Notes: a model not told the origin generated them from the letters alone. 64,000 bases of DNA from Candidatus Spongiihabitans sp. (GCA_965206355.1 OZ242212.1:1118814-1182813); one strand, 5' to 3'. Positions 9,197 through 19,992 are shown, counted from the first letter of the stretch. A program made the numbers and translations.

Positions 9197-9358
9197 GTGA
9201 CCTTTGCACGGAAGATGATTTCGCTTTTAGGCAAGGCAAAAACGCACGGAATGAGGGAGTTTATGCTTATAAATGACCGATTGAGACCGTTTTTACCAAC
9301 AGTAGGCGCTTTTAGGCGACGTAGCATGCAGATGAAATGGCTTTCGTGCAAAGCTCTC
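9197..9358 (+). mobile_element. MITE copy, long form (162 bp)
   Basis: TIRs carry one mismatch each (gtgacc... / ...aagctctc). Flanks atttt/aaact do not match, so there is no TSD. Confidence 0.88.
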
Positions 9359-9534
9359 AAACTAAAATACATCCGAATTGTGCCTATTAAAGGTTGTATT
9401 ATTAGGCGAATATGAGAAGCGCAAATTGGCTTAGCCGACAACGGACAGGTTGGGTATGTTGTGGTTGTATATTACGCATCGTTGCAACCAAGTTCGGGCT
9501 ATCGCTTTTTGTGAAGTCATGATAAAAACAGTAT

Positions 9535-9696
9535 GAGACCTTTGCACGGAAGATGATTTCGCTTGTAGGCAAGGCAAAAACGCACGGAATGAGGGAGTTT
9601 ATGCTTATAAATGACCGATTGAGTACGATTTTACCAACAGTAGGCGCTTTTAGGCGACGTAGCATGCAGATGAAATGGCTTTCGTGCAAAGGTCTC
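9535..9696 (+). mobile_element. MITE copy, long form (162 bp)
   Basis: Perfect TIRs. TSD agtat at 9530-9534 and 9697-9701. Same orientation as the copy 176 bp upstream. Confidence 0.95.
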
Positions 9697-9769
9697 AGTA
9701 TATATCATCCTGTGGCTGATATTTCAGGTACACTTGCGGGGTTGCAACTATGAAAAACGGAGTGAATTG

Positions 9770-11047
9770 ATGGCCAATAATAACAGCGAGCAGGGTCGTT
9801 ATGTCAGTTTGCTGACACGCGATACGCTGGTGCTAATCCTTGCCGGCGGTCAGGGTTCCCGCTTGTATGAATTGACCGAATGGCGTGCTAAGCCGGCGGT
9901 GTATTTTGGTGGTAAGTTGCGCATCATTGATTTTCCGTTGTCCAACTGTATCAATTCAGGGATACGGCGGATTGGTGTGTTGACTCAGTATAAGGCGCAT
10001 TCCCTGATCCGCCATCTGGTGCATGGCTGGACTGGTTTCCAGCACGATCGGAGCAGCTTTATCGAAATTTTGCCAGCTTCACAACGTACTGGTCAGGAAT
10101 GGTATCTTGGCACTGCGGATGCAGTCTATCAGAATCTTGATATTATTCGCACGCATGATCCGGGTTATGTGCTGATACTCGCCGGTGATCATGTGTACAA
10201 GATGGATTATGGTTCTCTGCTGGCATGGCATTCGGAAAAACAGGCGGATATGACAGTATGCTGTGTCAAAGTGCCGCTGGCAGAAGCTGCCGGCACACTT
10301 GGGGTAATGACGGTTAATGAGCATGGCCGTGTCATTGCCTTTGACGAAAAGCCTGAAAACCCGCAACCCATACCCGGGCAAAACGAGCTGTGTCTGGCAT
10401 CAATGGGAAACTATGTGTTTAACACGGCTTTTCTGTTTGAGCAGGTCATCAAAGATGCCGATACCCGCCATTCTGCACATGATTTTGGTAAGAACATTAT
10501 TCCGTCCATCATTGATAGCTGTCAAATTTATGCGTTCCCGTTTCAGGATAATACCTTGCGACAACCTTACTGGCGCGATGTCGGTACACTGGATGCGTTC
10601 TGGGAGGCGAATATGGAACTCATCGGTATTGAGCCGGCACTTGACCTGTATGACAGTAACTGGCCGATTTTTTCATATCAGACACAATCACCGCCGGCAA
10701 AGTTTGTCTTTGATGAACCCAGTCGTCGTGGTGAAGCGATAGCCTCTATAGTATCAGCAGGCTGTATTATTTCCGGCGCAAGTGTCAAACGTTCCGTGTT
10801 GTTTTCAAATTGCCGTGTCCGCTCATATGCTTCCATAGAAGATGCCGTGATACTGCCAGATTGTGAAATCAATCGGCATTGCCGCATTAAGAACGCCATC
10901 ATTGATCGTGGCACGATTATTCCGCAAGCTATGGAAGTGGGTGTTGATCTTGAGGCGGATCGTGAGCGTGGATTTCGGGTGACGGCTGGTGGACGCACAC
11001 TGGTAACGCCGGATATGTTGGGGCAGACTTTGCACTATACGAGATAG
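9770..11047 (+). CDS. glgC: Glucose-1-phosphate adenylyltransferase
   Basis: [64 protein letters not shown] is the canonical GlgC N-terminus. ATG at 9770 is preferred over the TTG at 9734. Confidence 0.95.
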   Translation: MANNNSEQGRYVSLLTRDTLVLILAGGQGSRLYELTEWRAKPAVYFGGKLRIIDFPLSNCINSGIRRIGVLTQYKAHSLIRHLVHGWTGFQHDRSSFIEILPASQRTGQEWYLGTADAVYQNLDIIRTHDPGYVLILAGDHVYKMDYGSLLAWHSEKQADMTVCCVKVPLAEAAGTLGVMTVNEHGRVIAFDEKPENPQPIPGQNELCLASMGNYVFNTAFLFEQVIKDADTRHSAHDFGKNIIPSIIDSCQIYAFPFQDNTLRQPYWRDVGTLDAFWEANMELIGIEPALDLYDSNWPIFSYQTQSPPAKFVFDEPSRRGEAIASIVSAGCIISGASVKRSVLFSNCRVRSYASIEDAVILPDCEINRHCRIKNAIIDRGTIIPQAMEVGVDLEADRERGFRVTAGGRTLVTPDMLGQTLHYTR

Positions 11048-11055
11048 CCATTACC

Positions 11056-12609
11056 ATGCTGAGAATTTGGCTGGTTGCGGCAGAAAATGGCGCACTCAAG
11101 GGGGGTAAAGTTGGTGGTATTGCCGATGTTATCCGTGACCTGCCGCAGGCACTGACTGCCCTCGGTCATCAGGTTACAGTCATTACTCCCGCCTACGGTA
11201 TCTTCAACAAGCTGCCACAAGCCCGCCATATTGGCAATTTGTGGGTCGCCTTCGCTGGCACACAACATATGACACAAATCTGGCAAGTCCAGCCAGCAGG
11301 CGCAGCATCATCGGTCGAAGCTATTGCTATTGAGCATCCACTGTTGTCGCCTAAGGGGGCCGGTGTCATTTACCATGATGACGGCGCTGTCTCCCCGTAT
11401 GCCGTTGATGCCAGTCGTTTCGCTTTTTTTTGTGCGGCTACGGTGGCTTATGTCGAGCAATCCAACAACCCGCCGGATGTTTTGCACTTGCACGACTGGC
11501 ATTTAGGGCTGGTGCTGGCGTTGCGTCAGTATGATGAGACTTTGCACAAGGTGCGCACTGTGCGTACTGTATTCACTATTCATAATCTCGCCTTTCAGGG
11601 CATTCGCCCGTTGCAGCAGCACGAATCGTCCTTTGCAAGCTGGTTCCCGCAACTGCGCTATCAGCGAGCAGAAATCGCTGATCCACGCTACCACGATTGC
11701 GTCAATCCTATGGCGGCGGCGATCCGCCTCGCCGATAAGTTGAATACGGTCTCTCCGACTTATGCCAGTGAGATTTTGCAGGCGAATGAGCCGGAGCGGG
11801 GATTCAGCGGTGGCGAGGGATTGGAAACTGAGCTACGGGTGGCTGCCGCAGAAAATCGCTTGACCGGTATTCTCAATGGTTGTTGCTACGGTGGCGGCAG
11901 TCGCCATCGCGGTGGTGGACGGCGACCGGGTTGGTCACGATTGTTGCAAGCGATTGCTAAGGAAAAGCATCTGTTGCAAAATAATCTACTGGCGCAGCAG
12001 ACACTACAGCGACTGCCACGCAGAAGACCTGCAAAACTGTTGGTTAGCATCGGTCGCATCAGCGTACAAAAAGTTTCGCTGTTGCTGGCACCGACTCAAA
12101 ACTATGATTCCGCACTTGAGATGATACTCGAGCAGCACGGTAACACGCTGTGTTTCATTATGCTCGGCAGTGGCGACAAAGCACTGGAAAAACGACTGCG
12201 CCGAATCGCTTCGGCACGGCGGAACTTTCTGTTCCTGTCCGGCTATTCCGAAACTTTGTCCGAGTGGTTGTATGATGTGGGTGATCTTTTCCTGATGCCG
12301 AGCAGTTTTGAGCCTTGTGGCATTAGCCAGATGTTGGCGATGCGCATGGGACAGCCTTGTGTTGTGCATGCGGTGGGTGGTTTGCAGGATAGCGTGACTG
12401 ATGAGGTCGACGGCTTTGTCTTTGTCGGTGCGAATCCAAACGAGCAGGCAGAGAATTTTGTGTTATCAGTCAATCGGGCACTGCGTATAAAAGCCACCGA
12501 CAAACAGCGCTGGCAACAGATTCGTAATAATGCGAAAGCCATGCGTTTTAGCTGGGAAGTGGCCGCCGCCGCCTATGTCTCGGAGCTGTATGAATCCACG
12601 ACCGCATAA
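11056..12609 (+). CDS. glgA: Glycogen synthase (ADP-glucose type)
   Basis: 517 aa. The N-terminus has KGGKVGGIADV (a variant of the KTGGLADV motif), and the C-terminal region has the GT-B fold motif FLMPSSFEPCGISQMLAMRMGQPCVVHAVGGLQDSV. Confidence 0.9.
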   Translation: MLRIWLVAAENGALKGGKVGGIADVIRDLPQALTALGHQVTVITPAYGIFNKLPQARHIGNLWVAFAGTQHMTQIWQVQPAGAASSVEAIAIEHPLLSPKGAGVIYHDDGAVSPYAVDASRFAFFCAATVAYVEQSNNPPDVLHLHDWHLGLVLALRQYDETLHKVRTVRTVFTIHNLAFQGIRPLQQHESSFASWFPQLRYQRAEIADPRYHDCVNPMAAAIRLADKLNTVSPTYASEILQANEPERGFSGGEGLETELRVAAAENRLTGILNGCCYGGGSRHRGGGRRPGWSRLLQAIAKEKHLLQNNLLAQQTLQRLPRRRPAKLLVSIGRISVQKVSLLLAPTQNYDSALEMILEQHGNTLCFIMLGSGDKALEKRLRRIASARRNFLFLSGYSETLSEWLYDVGDLFLMPSSFEPCGISQMLAMRMGQPCVVHAVGGLQDSVTDEVDGFVFVGANPNEQAENFVLSVNRALRIKATDKQRWQQIRNNAKAMRFSWEVAAAAYVSELYESTTA

Positions 12610-14803
12610 TCAGCCCAATCAGTCACTTGCTCATCAGTCTGATTCGGCAGCTATATGGCAGGCGTTGGCAGAGGGTCGGCATAGCAATCCATTTGCACTG
12701 CTTGGCATCCATATGGAAAAAGGTGTCCGTGTAGTCAGAACCTTGCAACCGCATGCCCAATCAGTAACCCTGCTCGATGGTCTTGGTAATGAACTGCTGC
12801 CAATGCGTCTGGTGCATAGCGGTGGTATCTTTGAAGCGCCGATGACGGCAAGGAAACGGCACTATAAATTGCGTATCACAACAAAATCCGCTACCGTTTT
12901 TGATATTGAGGATGCCTATCGGTTGCCGTCAATGTTGGCGGACTTGTCCCAGACAGCAGAAGAAGGGCATCCGCAAATTTTCAATAAACTCGGCGCACAA
13001 CCGACTCGTCTGCTGGGTCTGAGTGGCACCTGTTTTTCAGTCTGGGCACCCAATGCACTGCGCGTCAGCGTGATTGGAGATTTTAATGATTGGGATGGGC
13101 GGCGACACGTTATGCGTTTGCATCCGCATAGTGGTATCTGGGAAATTTTTATACCCGCCGTTGCTGTTGGTAGCTACTACAAATATGAACTACTTGATCA
13201 GCAGGGCAAGTTACTGCCGCTGAAGAGCGACCCGCAGGCATATTTTTTTGAGCCACCGCCGGGAAATGCGTCAATCGTTTATCGCAGTCAGCATCGCTGG
13301 CGTGATGCGATATGGATGAAGCAACGCCCCAGTGTGCCACAGCTCAATCAGCCGCTCAGTATTTATGAGGTTCACCTCGGTTCTTGGCGGCGCAACCCTG
13401 ATCAAGGAAACCGTCCTTTGCGCTATCGTGAGCTGGCAGACGAGCTGGTCGCTTATGTGGTGGAGATGGGATTTACCCATGTTGAGCTGTTACCGATTAC
13501 TGAGCATCCTTTTGATGGTTCCTGGGGTTATCAGCCCATCGGTATGTATGCGCCGACTCAGCGTTTCGGCAATCCGGATGACTTTCGTTACTTTATTGAT
13601 TGTTGTCATCGCGCCAACATCGCGGTCATTCTGGATTGGGTTCCCGCGCATTTTCCGCGTGATACCCATGGTCTCGGTCGTTTTGACGGTAGCGCATTGT
13701 ATGAACACCAAGACCCACGTAAAGGTGAGCATAGCGACTGGGGTACGCTGATTTTTAACTATGGGCGGCATGAAGTCATTAACTACTTGATTAACAATGC
13801 TCTGTATTGGATTGACGAATTCCACATTGACGCATTGCGTGTCGATGCTGTGGCATCCATGCTGTATCTCGATTATTCACGCGCACCAGGTGAATGGCTT
13901 GCCAACCAATATGGTGGCAATGAAAACCTTGAAGCGATTGATTTTATTCGCCGTCTGAATATTGCCATTCACGCGCGTGGAGCATGTTGTTTCGCCGAGG
14001 AATCAACTGACTGGGCAGGGGTCTCGCATCCGACCGACAGCGGTGGGCTGGGTTTTACCTACAAGTGGAACATGGGCTGGATGAACGATACGCTGGCATA
14101 TATGCGTAAACAACCTATCCACCGCAAGCATCACCATGACAAAATGAGCTTCGGGCTGGTCTATGCTTTCAATGAAAATTTTGTGTTGCCACTATCGCAT
14201 GACGAGGTCGTGCACGGCAAAGGATCGTTGCTCGGACGGATGCCCGGGGACGATTGGCAACGCTTTGCCAACCTGCGTGCCTATTTCGGTTTTATGTATG
14301 CCCATCCGGGCAAAAAACTGTTGTTTATGGGTGCCGAGCTTGCCCAGCATAAGGAATGGGATCACGATCAATCGCTGGACTGGCATTTGCTTGAGCAGCC
14401 ACGTCATCGCGGTATGCAAACACTGGTACGCGATCTGAACTGTGTTTACCGCACCACGCCAGCACTCTATCAACAGGATTTCAAAAGTGTAGGTTTTGAA
14501 TGGATTGACTGGCAGGATAACGATAACAGCGTACTCGCATGGATACGCTATGCCGACAATGGTGATTTCGTGGTCTGTCTTTCCAACTTCACCCCACAGC
14601 TTCTCAAGCACTACCGTATCGGCGTGCCAACTGCTGGCAATTACCGTGAACGGCTCAATACCGATGCCCATCAATATGGTGGCAGTGGCAAGGTGCATTC
14701 AAAGAGACTAACATCGCAAGCCAGCCCATGCCATGGTCGTCGAGATTCGTTATTGCTGACTTTAGCGCCACTGGCAACGCTGATTTTGCAACTGGAAGAC
14801 TGA
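12590..14803 (+). CDS. glgB: 1,4-alpha-glucan branching enzyme
   Basis: GH13 branching-enzyme motifs (YEVHLGSW, DWVPAHF, GFRVDAV-like HIDALRVDAVASMLY, FAEESTDW, LPLSHDEVVHGK). ATG at 12590 overlaps the glgA stop by 20 nt. The ORF-track start at 12530 is less likely. Confidence 0.92.
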   Translation: MNPRPHNQPNQSLAHQSDSAAIWQALAEGRHSNPFALLGIHMEKGVRVVRTLQPHAQSVTLLDGLGNELLPMRLVHSGGIFEAPMTARKRHYKLRITTKSATVFDIEDAYRLPSMLADLSQTAEEGHPQIFNKLGAQPTRLLGLSGTCFSVWAPNALRVSVIGDFNDWDGRRHVMRLHPHSGIWEIFIPAVAVGSYYKYELLDQQGKLLPLKSDPQAYFFEPPPGNASIVYRSQHRWRDAIWMKQRPSVPQLNQPLSIYEVHLGSWRRNPDQGNRPLRYRELADELVAYVVEMGFTHVELLPITEHPFDGSWGYQPIGMYAPTQRFGNPDDFRYFIDCCHRANIAVILDWVPAHFPRDTHGLGRFDGSALYEHQDPRKGEHSDWGTLIFNYGRHEVINYLINNALYWIDEFHIDALRVDAVASMLYLDYSRAPGEWLANQYGGNENLEAIDFIRRLNIAIHARGACCFAEESTDWAGVSHPTDSGGLGFTYKWNMGWMNDTLAYMRKQPIHRKHHHDKMSFGLVYAFNENFVLPLSHDEVVHGKGSLLGRMPGDDWQRFANLRAYFGFMYAHPGKKLLFMGAELAQHKEWDHDQSLDWHLLEQPRHRGMQTLVRDLNCVYRTTPALYQQDFKSVGFEWIDWQDNDNSVLAWIRYADNGDFVVCLSNFTPQLLKHYRIGVPTAGNYRERLNTDAHQYGGSGKVHSKRLTSQASPCHGRRDSLLLTLAPLATLILQLED

Positions 14804-14846
14804 TTTGGGAATTACGATCGGGGTTTCAATGCCTATTGGGTATATA

Positions 14847-14985
14847 GAGACCTTTGCACGGAAGATGATTTCGCTTTCAGGCCAGGCAAAAACGCACGGA
14901 ATGAGGGAGTTTATGCTTATAAATGACCGATTGAGTACGTTTTTAACGCAGCATGCAGGTGAAAGGGCTTTCGTGCAAAGGTCTC
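14847..14985 (+). mobile_element. MITE copy, short form (139 bp)
   Basis: Perfect TIRs. TSD atata at 14842-14846 and 14986-14990. Sits between glgB and glgP. Confidence 0.95.
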
Positions 14986-15229
14986 ATATAATTTGAGGAC
15001 CTATCATTCGGACAGTGCTGTCTATTCCACGACAGCCGATTATGCGGATATTGCATGGGTGTCGTGCTTTGATTTTTTATGTTTGGCGAGAAAATAAAAT
15101 CTGGCGAATTCAACTCATAAGTGCAGTATAATATGCCCCATACACAATCCAGAGCAGTAAGCAAAACCAATTATATGGGTGTTGCTGATTCTCTGGATTT
15201 TTTTGAGTCACTTGATTAAGGAGCGCCTG

Positions 15230-17770
15230 ATGAGAGTGGACACTCACACAAACCATCAAAACCACCAGAGCCACCAAAACCACCAGAGCCACCAAAACCT
15301 CGACCACACCGCATTATTGTCGGCACCCGCATTGTCAATGAATGCCGATGCGTTGCTGGAGGATTTTGCCCATTACTTTGATCGGCTACTGGGTTGTCAT
15401 GTCCCTCGGCAACCGTATTTGTTTGATGCGTTGGTCTATGCGGCTCGCGCCCGTTTGATGGAGCGTTGGAGTCGCACCAATCAGGCATTGCAACGCAGGC
15501 AGAATCGCCGTGCATACTATATTTCGCTGGAATTTCTGATTGGCCGTCTGTTACGCAATACATTGTTGAATCTGGATATTGAGGATCATGCCAGCGATGC
15601 GTTGCGGCGGATTGGCGTTGAACTGGAAGACCTTTACGATCAGGAACAGGATGCCGGGCTCGGCAATGGCGGGCTTGGACGGCTGGCAGCCTGCTTGCTT
15701 GACAGTTGTGCGACCTTACAACTGCCAGTTATCGGTTATGGCATCCGCTATCACTACGGTATGTTCCGTCAGCATTTCCAACAGGGTCGTCAGGTTGAAG
15801 AGCCTGATACTTGGTTGCATGGCGGTTTTCCTTGGGAGGTTAAGCGCATTGAATTGAGTCAGACAGTCAAATTCGATGGTAGGTGTGTCAGCGATGTTGA
15901 TGAAGATGGGCGGACACGGCATCGTTGGGTTGATACCCACGATGTGCTGGCGATACCCTTTGATGTACCGATTCCCGGCTATCGGAACGATATAGTCAAT
16001 ACGCTGAGATTGTGGTCGGCAACCGCCACGCATGAGTTTGATCTTGATGAGTTTAATGCGGGTAGCTATGCCGATGCCGTGGCACTGAAAAATGCAGCCG
16101 AAAACATCACCATGGTGCTGTACCCGAATAATGAATCCGAAAATGGTCAGGTGTTGAGGTTGCGGCAACAGTATTTTCTTGCCTCAGCCAGCCTGCAAGA
16201 CGTGTTGTCCGACTGGCAGGCACATCATGGCGATGATTTTACCGATTTTTCCGCAAACAACTGTTTTCAACTGAACGACACCCATCCGGCAATCTCAATT
16301 CCGGAACTGATGCGTCTGTTAATGGATGAACACGGTATGCGCTGGAGCGTCGCTTGGGATATTACCCGAACAACGATGGCGTACACCAACCACACGCTGT
16401 TGCCCGAAGCCTTGGAGTTATGGCCACAAGCTATGCTGGAGAGGCTGTTGCCGCGCATTATGGAAATCATTAACGAGATCAACAGACGTTTTATGATTGA
16501 GGTCAGCGAACACTGGCCCGGCGACTGGCGACGCTTGCGGCGTATGTCGCTCATTCAGTCCGGGCGGCCCGGGCAATCGCCTATGGTGCGTATGGCGTAT
16601 CTTGCCATTGTCGGCAGTTATTCGGTCAACGGTGTCGCCGAACTGCATTCCAGATTACTGCGTCAGGGCATGCTCAAGGACTTCGCCGAGTATTGGCCGG
16701 AGAAATTTAACAATAAGACCAATGGCGTAACACAACGCCGCTGGTTGCTAAGCTGCAATCCGGCACTGAGTGAACTGATTAGCGATAACATCGGCTGTGG
16801 CTGGATTACTGATCTTGAGCAACTAGCACGATTGCAGGATTTTGTTGACGACCCCACCTTCAATGAAGATTGGCGAGCAGTCAGGAAAGCCAATAAAATG
16901 CGTCTGGCAGATGCCATTGAAGCCCGTACCGCAATGCCCATTGATGCCACTATGCTGTTTGACGTGCAGGTCAAGCGTATCCATGAATATAAGCGACAAC
17001 TGCTTAATCTGTTGCATGTGATTTACCTGTACGACCGTATCAGGCGTGGTGATGATGGGCTGGTGCCGCGACTGGTTGTGGTGGGTGGTAAGGCGGCTCC
17101 GGGCTATGTGATGGCAAAGAACATAATCAAGTGTATCAATGATGTCGCTCAGGTTATTAATGCGGATGCGGCGATGCAAGGGCGGTTGCAACTGTTGTTC
17201 TATCCTGATTACAATGTCTCGGCGATGGAGCTGATTTGCCCAGCAACCGACCTGTCCGAACAGATTTCAACGGCAGGCAAAGAGGCTTCTGGTACTGGCA
17301 ATATGAAGTTTATGATGAACGGCGCACTGACCATAGGCACGCTGGACGGTGCCAATGTTGAGATTCTCGAAGCGGTTGGCGAGCAGAACTTTTTCCGTTT
17401 TGGACTCACTGTTGAAGAGATTGAGAAAATGGCTTGTGATTATGTACCACAATCCATTATTGACGGCGACCCGGATTTGTCGCGTGTTTTGCATTTGCTG
17501 GAAAGCGGACACTTCAATACGGATGAGTCGGGGGTATTTGATGCGGTTATCCATGCGCTGAAAAATCCGGCTGATCCGTGGATGACGACGGCAGATTTTC
17601 GCGGCTTTATTAACGCCCAGACACGGGTAGGTCAAGCCTTCAAAGAGGTGCGACACTGGACACAGATGAGCATTCGCAATACCGCCGCATCCGGCAGGTT
17701 CTCCACTGACCGCACCATCCGTGACTATAATCAGCATATCTGGCGACTGCAACCGCTTCAGCTTGATTGA
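15230..17770 (+). CDS. glgP: Glycogen/maltodextrin phosphorylase with a His/Gln-rich N-terminal extension
   Basis: Strong SD (taaggag) lies 6 nt before the ATG at 15230. The GT35 body includes the pyridoxal-phosphate region EASGTGNMKFMMNGALTIGTLDGANVE. The conserved alignment to E. coli GlgP starts near residue 37 (MNADALLEDF). Confidence 0.93.
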   Translation: MRVDTHTNHQNHQSHQNHQSHQNLDHTALLSAPALSMNADALLEDFAHYFDRLLGCHVPRQPYLFDALVYAARARLMERWSRTNQALQRRQNRRAYYISLEFLIGRLLRNTLLNLDIEDHASDALRRIGVELEDLYDQEQDAGLGNGGLGRLAACLLDSCATLQLPVIGYGIRYHYGMFRQHFQQGRQVEEPDTWLHGGFPWEVKRIELSQTVKFDGRCVSDVDEDGRTRHRWVDTHDVLAIPFDVPIPGYRNDIVNTLRLWSATATHEFDLDEFNAGSYADAVALKNAAENITMVLYPNNESENGQVLRLRQQYFLASASLQDVLSDWQAHHGDDFTDFSANNCFQLNDTHPAISIPELMRLLMDEHGMRWSVAWDITRTTMAYTNHTLLPEALELWPQAMLERLLPRIMEIINEINRRFMIEVSEHWPGDWRRLRRMSLIQSGRPGQSPMVRMAYLAIVGSYSVNGVAELHSRLLRQGMLKDFAEYWPEKFNNKTNGVTQRRWLLSCNPALSELISDNIGCGWITDLEQLARLQDFVDDPTFNEDWRAVRKANKMRLADAIEARTAMPIDATMLFDVQVKRIHEYKRQLLNLLHVIYLYDRIRRGDDGLVPRLVVVGGKAAPGYVMAKNIIKCINDVAQVINADAAMQGRLQLLFYPDYNVSAMELICPATDLSEQISTAGKEASGTGNMKFMMNGALTIGTLDGANVEILEAVGEQNFFRFGLTVEEIEKMACDYVPQSIIDGDPDLSRVLHLLESGHFNTDESGVFDAVIHALKNPADPWMTTADFRGFINAQTRVGQAFKEVRHWTQMSIRNTAASGRFSTDRTIRDYNQHIWRLQPLQLD
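15261..15296 (+). repeat. Perfect 18-bp tandem duplication (accaccagagccaccaaa x2) encoding HQSHQN repeats
   Basis: Read directly from the sequence. In frame within the glgP 5' extension (THTNHQNHQSHQNHQSHQNLDH). Confidence 0.9.
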
Positions 17771-17839
17771 GCATAATGAACGCCGGGTAATAATTATACC
17801 TCAACCCTTCATCTTAAAAGGGATTGACATAGAGAATAT

Positions 17840-17978
17840 GAGACCTTTGCACGAAAGCCATTTCACCTGCATGCTGCGTTAAAAACGTACTCAATCGGTC
17901 ATTTATAAGCATAAACTCCCTCATTCCGTGCGTTTTTGCCTTGCCTGAAAGCGAAATCATCTTCCGTGCAAAGGTCTC
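17840..17978 (-). mobile_element. MITE copy, short form (139 bp), reverse orientation
   Basis: Perfect TIRs. TSD aatat at 17835-17839 and 17979-17983. Confidence 0.95.
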
Positions 17979-18063
17979 AATATAGGTATTGTCCGCTCGT
18001 TTTTAGTCTTGACACGTTATACTGCCAACTCCCAACAACAGATATACCCTAGCCATCCTAGCC

Positions 18064-18711
18064 ATGTCCAACTTAGATAAGCTAAAAGCCCGCATATCAC
18101 CGGGCGACTCAGTTTGTTTTGCATTTCGTGGGCAGAGACTGAATGGCACTGTCGTTGCGCTCGGACCCAAGCGTGTCGGCATCACGCTCTCAAGTGGAGA
18201 GTGCTATCGGGTTCCGTATCCACTTATTCAACCGTTGGGAGAGACGAAAAACTATGCCAATCAAGAGCAGGGCGTACTGAAGAACGCTCGCAGGCTCCTG
18301 CGTAAACATGGTTTGAGCGATTGGTCGGTCGCTCTTGATGATGCAAGCAGTCGAGCGGGGGCATGCAACTACAAAAGCAAGCAAATCCTGCTTGCCCGAC
18401 TTTTCCTGAGAAAGGCCTCTGAATCGGCAATACGGGATACGATTTTGCATGAAATTGCTCATGCACTGGCGGGTATGGCGCATCATCATGATGCGGTTTG
18501 GCGCAGGATTGCCCGAGGGATAGGATGTAGCGCAGCACGTTGTCATGATATTGACTTCAGTCCACCGCGCTGGATTATGCAATGCCCGAATGGCTGTTTT
18601 GTATATGCCAGAAAGCGGCGCAATAGCGGGATGATTTGTAAAAAATGCAAGCAGCCGCCTCGATTTATCTCCTGGACAAAAGAGCGGGCATTGACGTTGG
18701 GGCTGTGTTGA
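18064..18711 (+). CDS. SprT-like zinc metallopeptidase domain protein
   Basis: 215 aa. It has an HExxH motif (ILHEIAHAL), an ACNYKSKQILLARLF segment typical of SprT-like domains, and a C-terminal Cys-rich ribbon (CPNGC...CKKCKQ). Confidence 0.75.
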   Translation: MSNLDKLKARISPGDSVCFAFRGQRLNGTVVALGPKRVGITLSSGECYRVPYPLIQPLGETKNYANQEQGVLKNARRLLRKHGLSDWSVALDDASSRAGACNYKSKQILLARLFLRKASESAIRDTILHEIAHALAGMAHHHDAVWRRIARGIGCSAARCHDIDFSPPRWIMQCPNGCFVYARKRRNSGMICKKCKQPPRFISWTKERALTLGLC

Positions 18712-18947
18712 TGACGAGAGCTTGAGCAATAGTAGCAGACGATGATGGAACTCCTCATGCCAGGTAACATCCATGTTAATGATGCAAAGCCGAGCGTAAG
18801 CACCCTGGTTAGCGGGATGGTGAGCCGAGATACCCCCGAAATACCCTTGGGTAATGACATGGACGCATCTATAAAAATTAAGTAGATACTGCTAGTATCC
18901 GCCTGTAATTCATATCTGTCCTAATTCTATACCGGGTAAGAAGCAAA

Positions 18948-19979
18948 ATGACGACACAAATTTCAACGCATAACTACACACGGACTATTCTCCTGCAAAT
19001 GGGCGTCGTATTTTTATTGCTCGCGGGAATCATCATCTGGCAACGCCAGACTGTTTACAATATTTATATTGCTAATCAGGTAAATAGCGTAGGCTGGGCC
19101 GTGAATGGTAGTATCATGTTATTGTTTGGTTGCGGCTTGATTGGGCTGATTAAGCGGTTCTTTGAGTATCGCAGTCAGGAACAAGCCATCAATAAATTCA
19201 ACAATAATATAAAACTCAATGCCGAACCCCTGAGCGGGATACGGCAGGAATATATGGTGGCAGAACGATTCCTGACCCTGACATCGTTGCATCGCCGTCG
19301 TGCCAATGTCAATCAGAACGCCCTTGCGGCAACGCTACTTGCTAGCGAATCAAGCCGCAATAGTTTTCTAAAATTTGTACACAATATTCTGATACTTACT
19401 GGCGTATTCGGCACCATTATTTCACTTTCAATTTCACTGTTAGGCGCTTCGGATATCTTGCAAAGTGGGGGTCGGGCAGTTGCTCAGACAAGCGGGTTGA
19501 ATACCATGATCTATGGGATGTCCACGGCACTTTCAACCACTATGACAGCGATTATTGCTTACTTGTTCTTCGGTTATTTCTATATCAAGTTGACCGATAC
19601 CCAGACTTTTTTGATTAGCAAAATTGAAGAAGTGACTGCCACGACACTGTTGCCACATTTACAGATCAATCAGGATGCCGTGGCTATGGATTATGCTGAG
19701 AGCATTCGCTCTGCCAATGAATTGATTAAAAAGCTTGATCGATCCCAACAAAAATATGCAGATTCCGCAGAATCTCTGGAGCTGGCGACTCAAGGGTTGG
19801 TGAATAAAATCACCCCATTGGATCTGAGTGAGCGATCCAGCGAAGGTCAGGAATTTATGACGTTGATTCGCGAAGTTATGGAACAGCAACAACAAACCAA
19901 CAACGACAATAATGAAACGATGAGAGAGGTTGTCAATCTTCTGCAACGTGGTTTTCGGTTACGCACCGAGAACCTGTAA
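18948..19979 (+). CDS. MotA/TolQ/ExbB-like proton-channel family protein with a helical C-terminal tail
   Basis: 343 aa with four predicted TM helices in 2+2 topology and a loop of about 70 aa between them. TM3/TM4 carry ILTGVFGTIISL and GMSTALSTTMTAIIAYLFF, which resemble the LGLLGTVxGM / ALxTTxxGLxxAIPA signatures of this family. A helical tail of about 120 aa follows. Confidence 0.65.
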   Translation: MTTQISTHNYTRTILLQMGVVFLLLAGIIIWQRQTVYNIYIANQVNSVGWAVNGSIMLLFGCGLIGLIKRFFEYRSQEQAINKFNNNIKLNAEPLSGIRQEYMVAERFLTLTSLHRRRANVNQNALAATLLASESSRNSFLKFVHNILILTGVFGTIISLSISLLGASDILQSGGRAVAQTSGLNTMIYGMSTALSTTMTAIIAYLFFGYFYIKLTDTQTFLISKIEEVTATTLLPHLQINQDAVAMDYAESIRSANELIKKLDRSQQKYADSAESLELATQGLVNKITPLDLSERSSEGQEFMTLIREVMEQQQQTNNDNNETMREVVNLLQRGFRLRTENL

Positions 19980-19992
19980 CACGAATAAGCCC

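Noticed and set aside
12530-12589. The upstream start for glgB given by the ORF track (12530), and similar long 5' extensions for folB (8198), glgC (9734), the porin (3157), glgP (15179), the DUF2064 gene (27324), the mgsB-like gene (43679) and the DUF1640-like gene (34482)
   Set aside because: In each case an internal ATG matches the conserved protein N-terminus and/or a better SD, and it avoids a long overlap with the upstream gene. The extensions translate to non-conserved sequence.
18190-18774. 194-aa and 104-105-aa minus-strand ORFs overlapping the SprT-like gene
   Set aside because: They are antisense to a frame with clear HExxH and SprT motifs. They have no recognisable domains or start context.
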